Below, in pieces: positions 1-13,746 of a stretch of DNA of 64,000 nt. Both the position numbers and the translations under genes were made by a program. This stretch comes from Nemertoderma westbladi (lineage: Eukaryota > Animalia > Xenacoelomorpha), in NCBI GenBank assembly GCA_032718475.1, contig JAUCBJ010000688.1:50572-114571 (forward strand), given 5' to 3'. Each line of letters begins with the position of its first letter. Position 1 is the stretch's first letter. Under the pieces are notes generated by a model. It saw only the letters and a program-made list of their open reading frames with translations, had not been told where the DNA came from and made no database searches.

Positions 1-380
1 GGTGGAGGTAGGGGGAACAGGGGGGTAATAATGGTAGGTGGGAGGGAGGGAGGTCAAGGTTATAATATGTCAGTAGAATGCCATGCCTCTGTAGCTACAT
101 ACATCATACATATATAATATAAAAAGTTGGAATGAGAAGCTAATTAGGTGGAACAGGAAATCATTTGTGGATTGAGTTGGGGTTGGTAGATAGATAGATG
201 TATAGTTCTAGTTACAGTATGCTATTAGTGGGTATAGAGATAGACCGGGTACTAATGCAACTCGAACACGAACAAAGTATACATTATTTAATGTGTTCGC
301 AATGTAATTAATAACCCCTAAATGTATGTACAAAGTATATCCCTGAATCCTTTAAACCTCTCAACAACTACGTTATTTAC

Positions 381-422
381 CTTATTATTTCTCGCAGCCA
401 TAATAAAATCGGGTCCAATAAG
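381..422 (-). CDS. Candidate 42-nt internal exon of an unidentified minus-strand gene
   Basis: Minus strand reads atttctacag|CTTATT...AATAAG|gtaaat. Length is a multiple of 3 and two frames are open (LIGPDFIMAARNNK or LLDPILLWLREIIR). No homology recognised. Confidence 0.25.
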
Positions 423-3400
423 CTGTAGAAATGTAGGTATAACAAAACCCTAAATAGAGATAGCGGTGGAATGGTGACAATGGCAGTGAGACATAACATC
501 AGAGATAGCGTACTCCGAGAACAATGCAGGCAACCAGAAGCCAAAGACATCCAAGAAACCAATATCCTTATCCTTGAAAGGGTCCCACAGGGCCCCTACC
601 TCAAAACTCATTACTGAGCTAAAGCAAACTTATCAGTACTCGAGATAGCCCTTAACAATAACCCAGTAGCATGGCCCCACTGGGAGGGGTGTGACTCACA
701 CTCACTCCTTTGGTATACATAGGAAGGAGGGATGGATAGCCATGGTGGATTACGTAGTTACCCACTTCAGAATGTACCTGATCACACAATGAAAGAGATG
801 CAAAATGACTTATATATTTGACATGCAAATCTATGTGTAAAAATTGCAATGCAACTAAAATGTCACTTACGGAGAAAGTGGTACACCTACATACAGTTAT
901 TTTAGTTTTGAGGTCGTATAAAATATCGACAAATGTTTCCAAAGCAGCGAAACGTGAAACATCATAAATGTTTACTATAAAACGGGTTTTATGACGACGA
1001 AAGGAAATTCTATTTGAAATCAACTTGACCTCAATATATCATGCAAAACTATCTTGCCTGTATCGGCAGTTGTTATGTGGCTAGTTAACGGCCCTTTTCT
1101 TATTATCCATAGTGATAAACAAACTTAGCAATGTACGCGACACCGACAATATAACAATGCACTCTTGAATAATAATAATGGTAATAAATTTTTTGTGTTG
1201 TAAGGCCGCGTATAGTAAAGAGAGATTGATGACCATAAAATCCACAACTAGTGTACGAACTTAGCTGTCTGTCTGTCGGTTTGTCTGCCAATCTGTCACA
1301 CCTTTCATCCAATGTGCTTGCTGTCAGGAATGCAGAAACAATATTGTGTTCCGTGTTCGTAATATTTATTATCCCTTGTTTGATTCTGAAATTCGATTAT
1401 GTTTGTATAGACAAATATACTGTGTGAACTAATAATAGATCGATTATTGAATTGGTAACATCTGCTTCAATAGAAATCGGTATTTATAATCTATTTACAA
1501 TAATGCAGATTATTTCATTATATTTCATCCCATTATAAAGCAAGCACAGCAGGCGTGGTGTAACATTCCAGACAAACAACAAATAATAAAATCGTTAATT
1601 ATAAAATTATATCTGATGTAAGAAGTTCAAAGGAAGAAGTTAATCTTGTATAAATGATAAGGTGTACTGTGGGTATGATGCCGGGTGAGCCACACACAGT
1701 GGCATAGTTGCAAAGCTGTGGTTTACGGTTACAGTTTTGTCTATAACAAACAAATTCACATGATGCTAGTGGCTTCTCCTACCATAGTACTAAAAGGGGG
1801 GAGTATATAGCTCTTCACGTTTGCTGTAAAACATAACTGGCTACTCGTAAGTAACAAATAGATTAAGCTATTTTCTCATAGAGCTGTTCTTTGTTGTTCC
1901 CATGCTAAGTAATATGTATTTACAACCTTTCAACTACATGCAAAAAAAGGCTAACATTAATTGGAAAAGCTACAAAGTGGCACACAAACTGGAGGGCGGC
2001 TGGGACCACGCTCTGATCACCAGGGGGGCTCCAACAAAAACCTGTACCAACGGCTAGGATTCTATGTCCCCATCAAGCAACGTTGCATATTGTGTGCCAA
2101 CGCTCCACTGCGTCTATAGAGTCGGGAAAGGCCGTGTCAGACAATGAGTTGAGGTAGTAGACACGTGTGCGCTGATTACAGAACCATACCGAAGTGACCC
2201 AAAATGCAGAGAACACACTCCAGGACATATAATCACTGGAGGTTGATTACCTAAGTGATAGCTGTTTACGATAGAAAGAAACGAGCAGTGCAGTTGAGTC
2301 AATAGAATATAATTATGCAGTAATCTATAATATATATTGCTACTCTTACTATAATTATACTATTATATATATATATATATATACTCACAAACAGACAGTG
2401 TAACAATAAGCAAACATGCTAGACAACGTGATTTCTCATAAGGAAATAGGTAATATAGACTACTGAATTGAACATATCGGACGCGACATGTATATAATAC
2501 AAATATAAATATTCAAAAATAGAAAACAATATACAATGATTTATACACAGGTATTGAATTTCGATAAGGTCCACTAAGTCTTTCATCCCCTGAGATTGTT
2601 AAAATAAGGTCCAGATGAATTACTGGAGCGGGAGGAAAACTTGGTCGGGTCGCCTCCGGCTTCCGCCGACTGTTTGCTTTTGATTTGCCTGAATTTCGAT
2701 AAAATGATAAAACCATACATATGAAATCCCATATATTTCTAGGAATTTTGAGAACTAATTTATAATAAACTCTTTTTCATCTCATCGTATTTTACAGATG
2801 ATGGGTCATAAGAGGACATAAGATAAAAGTAAACACTACAAGATATTGCTGATTTCACCGGAAGGTGCGGTAATTAAACGTTCACGCAAGTTACAAATTT
2901 CCAATACATGCCTCTCCTCTCCGCTCAAATGAATATATATTAGAAATACGATCTGTGCGAAAGAACACATCAAAGGTTGATGGGATCCAAGATAGGGTAA
3001 TAAGATGCCATGCTGTTGATAGGATGCGGAAATCTAGTAGGCTATATAGTTTGTAAAATAGCAGTAACAAGTACTAATGACTTCATAAAGTAGAATAAGT
3101 AAGAGTCATCGCATGTGGAAGGGAATCTTTTGATGGGCGGAGACAAAAGGCCACATCCTCTGTGATTCATCATATACTACACTCTTACACTAACGAAGGG
3201 CCGTGTGTACAACGCTGATAGTAGCTAGGCTGCCTTCTTATTAACAATAGACATTCAGCATTTTAATCACAGCGGGACAGTGTACACATTGATTGTGATG
3301 GGCCGGGCCCCATATGGGGAGGCATCCTGTGAGCTCGAACGGAAATATTTTAATGTGCTAAGTAGGCATTCAGTTACATGAGCACAGAACCGAGCACCAA

Positions 3401-6390
3401 ACGGAAGGCGGGGCAGGACGGGTGCCCTGCCCACGGTTCGGATACCTAAATGCATGAAGGCCAATTTTTATAATGACACCGAATATTTGTGATAGAAGAT
3501 CGCGCTGTTTCATCATATAAAGGGGGAATTAGTTGTTCCGCAATATAACTTGGATATAATAATAACCATTGATCGCTACAATTGTAACAATTCTGCTTAG
3601 TTTTCAATATGCTGTGAATGTTTCCAACGCTCAAATCGATGGGTATATTATATAATTATTACAAAACATTATAAGAGCTTTATGCTACATTATAGCATAA
3701 AAAAAATATTTTTTTTGTTTTTTTATTGTGGAATTCATGTATGCCTTGGAATGTCACACCTTTGCAGTGTTGTTTGTATGAGGCTCTAACCTAACAGTGG
3801 ATATGAAAGCCTTGTATGTCGTCCGTCTTGCCTACGCGATCTACAAGATAATATAATGCTACGTAACTTGACTTCTGGTTGGGACCCCCCATCCCTGAAT
3901 GATGGGGGAAGGTCGACATTACAGCCCATATGCCAGTCCACGCACTTGAAAATATATTGACCATCACTAAGTGCGTCCTTAAGTTTACTCATTCACACAT
4001 GAGTAGTTTTTCAAGAGATTCACAGTGGTTTTTAAACTCAATATAACTTTACGCCGCGTATAAATAATAAATTAATCGGAGCATATGTACTGAATATGAT
4101 AACACATACCTACTCTGGTACAGGGGGTGTTGTGCATTTGCTACTGTATGAACAATCACTATAGTATAGAGTGGGTGATGCAGGCAACATCTCATAAAAA
4201 GTAAATGTGACACTTAGGAGGTGTAATGGAGTGTGTGGCGGTAGGGCTATTGTGTATTCAATAAACGGAACTATGATTTACTGTAGCACGTAAATAAAAT
4301 GCTGTTCATATCTAATGGTAATCTATGCCATTATGCAATGCCTCTATGGGATTGCGGGAATTCGAAAAATTTACTACACATTTTGCGCTTTGATTGCATA
4401 ACATTTCTATGCGACAATTGACGACCTATACCGTTTTAAAATCGCAACCATTTATATATACATGGAGTCACGACAAATACCAGAAGAAGCCATGCAAAAC
4501 GTGACAGCAAGATAACTAATTATCCTTGAGCAATCTTAGAGAAGATTACTCATGATGCATCTTGAGTAATAATGCAATGGCGTCCTACATGATATATAAG
4601 GGACTCGCTTGTTCATTCGTTAAAAAGAAGCGGCTCAAAATCTCATGTGATGGAATTAATCCATGATCGAAACAGACAAGCGAATAATTAACACAAATCC
4701 ACAAACATCGGCCATTTTAGAAGTACTCTCTGGATCGGTAGCACAATTGATTGCACCAGCCAATGTGAATTACGCTATAGGTTTGCATTTCTAGGTTGCC
4801 GTAAAATTTCTCAATTTGATTTCCATGCATATAGTGTGTTGAAGGACTCAGTAAATTCTTACAAACCTTTGTTTAATAATAACCAAATTCATAAACACTA
4901 AAACTGGAGATATCAAGAATGCTGCATTATCATATTATATAGTTATACTACTTATATTGCATTATACTTGATGAAACATAAATACAATACAAATTACCAA
5001 TTCATTGCGCTAATGTTTCAACTTCGATATTGAATTACCATTAGAAGCTGAAAACGTGTGTACGCCGCGTTTAATGAAAAATTTCATGAGAGTGCCCAAG
5101 GCTGCGCGCGGGAAGTGATCCAGCCAATGCAACTAACACCGTTACCAATCGAGTTATAGGAAATAAATGAGATAAGACGTGTTTATCCCTAGCAGCCATC
5201 TCCAAAGCATGAAACCGGTAACACAATTTGTCCTTTTAAGAAGAGATAAAATTTATCTCAAACCAACAGTATAATGACATAAACCATACCCTCAATTTGC
5301 TGTTGTTGCTCGGATTCAGTGATTGGTGTTCTTGAGCTCTCTCTACCTGCCTGCCTGGCTGCATGCCGCATGCCGCATACCGTAAGAGTTTAGCTCACTG
5401 TGGTTGTATTTTGAATTTAAACTACAAAGAGTTTTTATCATTAGCATGGCTCAACCCGAGATAATGCAGATAGGGAGTGGGTTGCTGCTTACTGGAAGTT
5501 GAGTCAACGGCTCCAGATAGTCTGACGCGCAGCTCCGGCTGCACGCCTGGACAATAGGCAAAGCAACGCAACCTCGCCTTAATAACATTGTCCTTCAAGC
5601 ATAGTCATCGGGAAACAGGGAATAATGAGGCGTCTTAATGTCTTACTGAATCAACAAAACAACAATTAATTAAATTATACTGCCTTAGTAAAAAAGTTTA
5701 TGGATTATGGCTAACCCAAAATATTTAATCTTCGTTTTATCAACACAGAAATGAATTTTACAGGTGTGCCACTCCATCTATACGATTGCACACTCACTCA
5801 TCCATCTCCATCATAGCTTGATAGGTTGAAAAAATGTGTTTAATTTTGGATGCAAGCAGATAGATAGATGCCGATATTCAGAAATAAGAAACCACTTCCT
5901 CATTAATATGCCAATGGAATAGCCCTGGAAACCATAAAAAGAAAGATAATTAAGACGGGTTGATGAGAAGATGGGTATCATGAATCCGAGTCAGCCTTCT
6001 CTGAATTCGCTTTAATTTAATATTTAGGAGCTAGATAGAGCCAGAGGGGATGAGGATGAAATATAATATGGATAAAGGAGTTGTTAGAAATCACTGGGTT
6101 ACTTGCATCACTGCCAGGACCATGTGAAATTAGTAAATCGGGATATATTATAAATGATTAAATGCATGATACAGCTCTTAGCATGATAAATACAAGATTG
6201 TCACTGTAAAGATAAACCAGAATTACATTTATAAAAGGGCTAAGTCTACCCAAAACAATAGACGCATTCGAACTGCAAAATTTATTGGAGTATATATCTT
6301 TTAGGTATATTAAGCACTGGAATGCATCTTCAGTTCGCCGCCATGAGAGGTGATCTTCTGCATTAATGAGGTTATTCATATCTCTATTAT

Positions 6391-6545
6391 AGCTGGGAGA
6401 TCCTGGGTTCGATCTCGATCAGGTAGAATTACAGAACTGGGGCGCCAACCCATCGATATAGGAACTTCGCTATCGGTGCTGAGCGAGTTTGTCAATCTCG
6501 GGAGTTAACAATGCGAGTAAACAAAGTATTTGCCACGAGAGGATC
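6391..6545 (+). mobile_element. tRNA-derived SINE-like fragment
   Basis: B-box/T-arm-like GAGATCCTGGGTTCGATCTC at ~6397-6416 with no complete cloverleaf. The segment TATTTGCCACGAGA (~6527) recurs inverted near 9290. Confidence 0.35.
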
Positions 6546-6833
6546 CTTTCTATGTTCCCTCCTGTGTTCGTGTATCATGTTAACTTTTACTAAGTATTAA
6601 TTAGTGTTTCCTTAGTTACCATGGTGGTTGTTCCCAGTTGGGTTGTGGAATTCAAAGCTGCTCCGTAGAGACCCAACTCCAACGTGGTGTTCCCTGAATA
6701 GAAGCCCGAATATCATCACATAACCAAGCAATGGTAGACGGACAGTATGTATGTTCCCGGACCGTATGCTCCCGGACTTTATGTTCCCATTTTTCTTTCC
6801 TTAGGCATTAAATGGACTTTATGATCCCAAAAC

Positions 6834-7046
6834 GGGGGAGTGAGTACAAAACAAAGACCCAAGACCCTCTGTACAAAACAAAGAGTAAAGTCGCGTTAGG
6901 TCCCATTGCCATTTAAAAGAACAGGTTAGTAAAGGAGCAGGTTACAGAGGCGTGTTGGGGGAACCAAAACAATAAACGAAAGTGAGTTAACACATGGGTT
7001 TTGTACAGGTTTGAGTCTTTGGTCTTTGTTTGTACTCACTCACCCC
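6834..7046. mobile_element. MITE nested in the Mutator relic (same family as 35874-36248)
   Basis: Inverted ends GTGAGTACAAAACAAAGACC / GGTCTTTGTTTGTACTCAC. Body matches one arm of the element at 35874-36248. Confidence 0.75.
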
Positions 7047-7439
7047 ATCAAAACAAACGTTGTGTTCCCGCGTTACTGGTTTAGGTAAATGAGTATTTAA
7101 AAGGTCATTACAACAACTCCATTGAACACAAAAGCGTTTCCATTCCACATAGCATAATCAGCTGTATGTAATATTGCCAATTTAATTAAAACTACTGAAG
7201 ATTTATTATCTAAATTAAATTTAATAAACGAGGTCAAACATGAATTAACTAAAACAGTTGAAAATTCTACAACAGTTGTTAAATCTAACCCACTTGTCAT
7301 CTCTTGCACAAAGAGTTATACCGCGGAAGTGCAAACTTTTCGTCATGATATCAATGATGTTACGTGGTGTTCGTTCGAAACAGATTCCATTGGAACCCTA
7401 ATATGTTGCGAATGTGTTTCTAGTGCGATAGCGGTGGGA

Positions 7440-7960
7440 CAGTGGCCCTCACCTTCAATCAGATGAGCGTATTGTCTGTCGTCTTTTGAACTCCCGAGGC
7501 AATTTAGTACTTTTTTTTGTTTCTTTCATTTGTCAGTGTGTATATCGTTGGGTGACGGATAATGGTTGTACTTCACTATAAATTATCTGCTGAATATCGT
7601 CTTCTCACAATGAAGTTGCTATAGCACTGGCGTTCTTACCTCATAGCTCTGTTGTGGAAGGCCACCCCATCTGAGTGCACAGACATTGTCACATATTTCG
7701 ACGCGACTTATGTAACTGGGCGTCGCCACATTAAGCCAGTTTCGAAAAACTCACCTGTGTCGCGTCCTTCATTTCCTCTTCTGCTCCGCGTTACGCCCAA
7801 CTTAGATCGAATTGGATTGTCCACAACGCTGTCCTTGAAAGGCGTGAAAAAAACAATAATGCTTGCGAACACATCAACCGCGACATGTCAACATCATTAT
7901 GGCGCAAACATGGCTCAGTCTGGCCTGGCAGCTGATAGACGTTATGAAGGCTAAAGATGC
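7440..7960 (+). pseudogene. Frameshifted MULE transposase remnant
   Basis: Ordered motifs across frames: CFFHLS (~7518), ALAFLP (~7624), DIVTYFDATYVTG (~7682), TNNACE (~7852). These are typical of the C-terminal half of animal Mutator-like transposases. Multiple stops and frameshifts. Confidence 0.8.
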
Positions 7961-10900
7961 CGACGTTATCGCTCAACTAACTCAGGCTGCAGTGGGACAA
8001 TTAAATCAATCCCGTGCGACCCAATCTTGACTCGTGTGGTTTGTATGAACGCCTGTATAACTTGAACAAATCTATTTCAAATGATGAGATTACCAGTTGA
8101 TCAACTTATCGAAGACTTTACTTCGAACCTCAACGATTTCCTGCAGCGCAAATTCAATGTTCTTTCAGATACCGATGTTGAAGAACACCTGGACTGCGAT
8201 GGTTTCCAGTAAATTATAATCTTTTCTAATATCTTATTTTATTATATTGTACGGTGTTTTATATACTATATATAGGCATTATTCGAGAAACAAATACGAA
8301 TTGATATGTATTATTAATTATGTTGTTCAGTTGTTGCTAGTAAATTCTTAACATCACGTTTTACTTAATTCATGTTGCATTGCAATATATTTATATTTTT
8401 AGTATTTTTTGGGAACATATTGTACGGGAACATAATGTAGGGGAACATAACGGCCGGGAACATAACGGCCGGGAACATACTGTCCTGTTGGACAAGCAAT
8501 CTATAGTGACTAGGAAACATAATGGACTAACGATTTTCTTTAGATGTTTTTTTAGGCAAACGAATGGAATGGCCTAATTAAATAGACTTAACAGGGAATG
8601 TGTGAAATGAAAGGCAAAGAAATCAAAAGTGAAAATTTGGAGGGAACAACAATAATATCGTGATTGACGGAGAAGGGACATCAGCGATGGTATTACGAAA
8701 TAAACTCAAACGTTCACGCCCTAAATCCAAGGCTAAATCCCTGGAAAACTTAATCAAATGACAGGAAGAAGGGAGCCAGTCTGTCTGGCGCGAGCTCTCA
8801 AAATTTAATCCAAACTAGCCCTTGAGCAATTCGTCAATGCCTAGCGGTACAACACGGCTCCGTTTTGTATGGGCTTGGCTGGTAAAGGCCGTGTATTTAC
8901 ACTGGGGCTGTATTATTCAGAGGGCCCCTCTACACGAGCAAGGTCGATTATCGACTACCGTGTGAAGGCATAATGTATTCCGTGAATAATACCAGTACCG
9001 GTACCAATAGCAGACTGACTGGCGTCAACCGGTCAGTCCAATGGGACCTAAACAGCGACAATGTACATACACTTGAGTCAATCAAACAGCCTTGAGCACA
9101 AGAGAGTAACAATCTAACCCACTTCATCTGAGAACTAGCCCTACCAGTTCCCTACCGATATGTTATTTTATTAATCTACAAAGGAACACAATAATAGCCC
9201 CAGGGCCGAGATAAAAAGAATTGATCAACACGGACAGAATCTTCCTAAAAAGTTGCCTCGCATCGCCCCTTAAAACAAATCATTACTCATCTCGTGGCAA
9301 ATAAACATTAAACATATTATGGCCATTGAACTTTCGGAATTATATAGTTATATTTTACAATTTAAAGCTAAAAATATAAAGGCTTAATGAAATGAAACCA
9401 AAACAATAAACGAATTTACAAATGTTCACATTGCAGAAACGAACATCACACTACGACTGAGAACTATAACCGAGCATAAATACGCGAGCACGGCACGATG
9501 AGACGTCTTGATAATCCCGAAGATAAACTATATTTGAATATGTTAGGATGGTAGTAGTGCTGTAATGAAAATACAGTTCAGATAAAGGTTACGTGAAAAT
9601 AATCAGTCCAAAGGGAGTATTTCAGGCAAAAAGATCGTATTATACTGCGAATTCCCTTAATAATTTTACTGCTTTGTTTGAATGTCTCAAGGAGTCGGCC
9701 TTTATAGTATAATGGATTTAATGCAATCAGAGTTATAATATTCTAAATTTTGAAAATAAATTAATCCCCACCCTTGGAATTATAAATTCCATTGGCATTG
9801 GATGCGTGTGTGGCGTAGTATAACATTAACTGGAAGTCGCTAGAATAAGATAAACAGGCGATCTCTGTGGCAATGGAAATGGTGGGTTGCGTGATATATA
9901 TACAATACTCACATAGGAGATACACAATAATATAAAGCGATGGGAAATTAACAGTAACATAAACCAAGGAAGAATAGATCGAATCATTAAAGTACGCCCT
10001 CCTATCCTTCAAGATGAAGATGTTATGATGGGGAATAGTTTTTCACTTACGGCTACGGCTGTGCGCCAAATTACTCTCTTAAATCACAACACATCCCTGT
10101 TAGTAAAATGGAGGATTCCCAATTATACTCACTCGTGTTAGCTGTCCAAGTAATAATTGAAATCAGTATTTATGATAATTTCTAAAATGAAAATCCTAAA
10201 TTAACTTTAGATAAATAAACTGTATACCGCGGTATCAAACATACTTCATATACCCTCAGTTGTGTACCAGGATGTGGACACAAACATAACTGTAATGTGA
10301 GGAATTCAAACTTTCGATTTTTCATCCACAAATGTCTGGCAATTACTGAGCCCAAAAAGGAATATTAGACAATATATTTCTTGCATCTGCTGTTCCTTTA
10401 GGGGCACCGCATAGGAAATAAACCAAATATAATATTCAGTAGACGTACTATTTATTATAAACATATGTGCACAGTGTTGTGCTAAGTAAGTGCAACCATT
10501 TATTGTAACTAAATTTTACTGTACTACGGTGAGAGCAAATTAAGCTTGCATTGTCGTATGGTCTGTCTGGTCAGTGGTCGTCACCTTAGACAATAAATTC
10601 GACATTCGGAAGGAAGACAAAATAAAAACATAGAACAAACAAAGATGATTGCACCTAATCATAATGCATGAAGAATAATTATCATTATACTATGTTCATG
10701 AGTAAGATTAGATGAAATGTATTGGATACAATTCATCAGGTTCTTCCATTACCAATGCAAGAATAATTACTGGGAAACAGCGGGAGGAAGGGTTTATTTG
10801 TGGGATCTTATATTCAATAACAATGCAACTTCCTTATGTGCACGGCTGCTATGCTGCCGGCTACAAACCATCAAATATAACGAAGTAATTGGCGGATGCG

Positions 10901-13708
10901 AACGGGGATGAACTGGACTACTCCGCCTCGGAGATGATGATGGATTCATCCCCCATCGGACACAAGGGTACACGACGCATAACCATCAAAACATTAATTA
11001 AACCAGGCAATATGTTTTTCCCGCCCTGCGGTTTGTAAGCAAGGAGGGAGGATTTAATAGATGGCGTGTGCAGAAATTAAGTCGGATACACGGTTGTCAA
11101 CCGTATACATGTCAGCGGCTTCCGCTGAATAGAGAATTACAGATTAATGAGATATTACAAAATCTCATACAAACACAATTTCAATTATCATTAGTAAAAA
11201 TCTCGCAGCAGGCTCTGCACAGAGGGAGTTGTGCTATTTTGGGCGTATCCATGACTGATATATATGTCGGACGTGCGGATGTGTGACGAGCCACTGTATC
11301 GGCAAGTGCCGGTGACTATGAATTTTCGTAAAACCATGACCTGATGTAAGGCGCAAAAGAGAGATGCATCAGAAGATACTAAAACGTATGGTCATTATTG
11401 TTTAATCTTTGTAGCTCTTTGTACAGTCTGGAAATGGCTTTGTATCTATCTATAATAGTTCTTAACAGTCACCGTGTATCGGTTGCTTGCAATGCAATTG
11501 TGACCAATCCCAAGTATTATAATTAATAAAGAACAAATAACCCCATGTGGATCGTTTTGTTAGTGATAAATATTAACACGTGCTTGTTATTGTTATAGGG
11601 TTACTAATTTCTTAGTAATCTGTGCGCTGTAAGCAACTAAATATGACAACGTGACTATCTCTGGAAAGCAAATCGTCTGTATGCGAAGGGTATATAGGGG
11701 ATGTACGTAGAAACCGTGATTTACATCAGATTAAACGCGACGAAATGCCGAGAACAACGTGGAACTAACTCCACGGGATATTATCTTAATCCTACGACAC
11801 GCCAATTAAACGGCAACCCACTGGAGATGTGTCCCGTTCCTAAACCAACAGGAATAAAACTCATCGATAAATCTTCAAAAGTCCCAGGGTTATCAACCGA
11901 GTCCTTCTATAACCGAAAGGCAGCTGGAAAAGTCAAACCTATATAGATAACAGCTGGTTGATTTTATCTATCATCAGGACACCGGACCTTTAGCAGGTAA
12001 AGTTTGGAGATTGTACTGTCATTCCCTTCATAGCAGCAGTGAGGCAATTCCACTAAAGATAAGGTTCATTCGTTGAGTTGGAAAGAAAGAGTACAATCCC
12101 AGTAGTCAATTAAAGGAAGCCAGTCCATTTAATCTGAGAACTAAACTGTCTAATCCCAATTATCCCAGGCCACAGAGCACAGAGGGGTTCAGTCAATTTT
12201 AGTATTTAACGAGAGTTAATATAGATGCGAAATCCAATAATATTTAGCCAATAAGCGAACAATCAGGTTGGAATATAATATAAAACACGGGACAAAGAAA
12301 GCTTTTTGTTTGGAATCAGCGGGCGGCTTGGGAAAAATCAAAGGAACATTTCAATTGAATGGACTATAGCGGTCAGGCTATGCACAGAAGGAAAAACTCA
12401 ATCAACCGAACGTCAGCAGATAGGATATGATACAGGGAGGGCAGCAGCGGGCCACCAACATAATATAACGTAACAGCCTTTGATGGACAAAGGATTAATG
12501 ACAGCCAATATATTGGGACACAAGCACAATAATAAAAGACCCCGGGTGTATTATACACAAGATTGTATTATATAGAAGTCATCATAATTATTATTTATGA
12601 CCATTAGCGTTATGGCACAGCTGCCATTTATATACAACACAACACATTGCCCCATAGCAGTGACCGCATGTAATGTAAGTGAGATGTGATGTGATTATAC
12701 TACAGCCGTTCTATAACGCTATGTTCGTGTGCATGTGTATCGCAGTATTGCACACATACGAACTCAAGAATCAACATTATTCACGAATCTATATTAAAAT
12801 CTCTATCCATAAAACATATTTCAGGAAAATATATTCAAATAAGAAACCAAATTTAGCAATTTGACTTGCGATATAAGTTCATATCGTAAATTCTAATGCT
12901 AGTTAAGTAGGTAAATTTATCTGTACGTGTGTAATATATTGATTTATGATATGTAAAGAAGCGAATATGATGCGAGGCAGTATAAGCTTAACACTGTAGT
13001 ATAGGAATAAGGCTCTTGTACAAACATATTAATGTGCCGCCATAAGTAACACCAGCTAAGGATCGGCGCCGGTAAAAATAATAATTCATAGGGTGGTTTC
13101 TCTAAGTGGATATTGTTTGAATCCATTAAAGTATGAAATTACGCCGCACACGCTGAAACGTAACCTTGTATATACATGTACAGTGTAAGAGTACCAAGTA
13201 CATTGAGAGATAGGTAGGGCCAGGGGTTAGGTGTTGTGTTGCGAATGTAAGTTAGTATGTACAAATGCAACTGGAGTTCAGTTTCTGAGTGAGTGAGGTC
13301 ATAGTAAGTTGAAACTTTCGTATATAAAGTATCTAAAAAGGATGTCATTCAAAAATCACAATGGCACAAACAAGCCTATAATTTATCGCGTTAACATTAT
13401 TTTTTAATTTTACTTAATTATTAAGAAACTAACCTTGACATAATAAAGCAACATACATCAGAATGAGTGCAAACTCATAAGTCACTCGAAACGTCATATT
13501 AAACTTATTGTGTATTTAATGTCTTCTGTCGGTGAGAGAAAATCTGTAACAAATAAAATTAAATATATAAGAAAGCTTAAATATAAAATTATAATATAGG
13601 TTATAAAATCCAATGCAAAAATAACCAACACAACAAACTCCAGACCCGAACTAGCCCACCCGAAATCCGGCCCAATGCGTAGCTTAGCTATTTTTGAGAA
13701 TTTACCTA

Positions 13709-13746
13709 CCCCCCCCCCCCCCCCCCCCCCCCCCCGCCCCACCCCC
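13709..13746. repeat. Poly-C tract (second tract at ~14910-14927)
   Basis: Long C homopolymer seen directly. Confidence 0.9.

Larger units (their letters stand above)
6733..8492 (+). mobile_element. Decayed Mutator/MULE-superfamily DNA transposon with repetitive subterminal inverted repeats
   Basis: Left end has GGACAGTATG plus repeated TATGTTCCC; right end has repeated GGGAACATA plus CATACTGTCC. Flanking direct repeat CAAGCAAT at 6725-6732 and 8493-8500. Transposase relic motifs lie inside. Confidence 0.8.

Noticed and set aside
10051-10096. Minus-strand segment with strong acceptor and gtaagt donor
   Set aside because: Stop codons in all three frames; at most a non-coding exon, which I cannot support.
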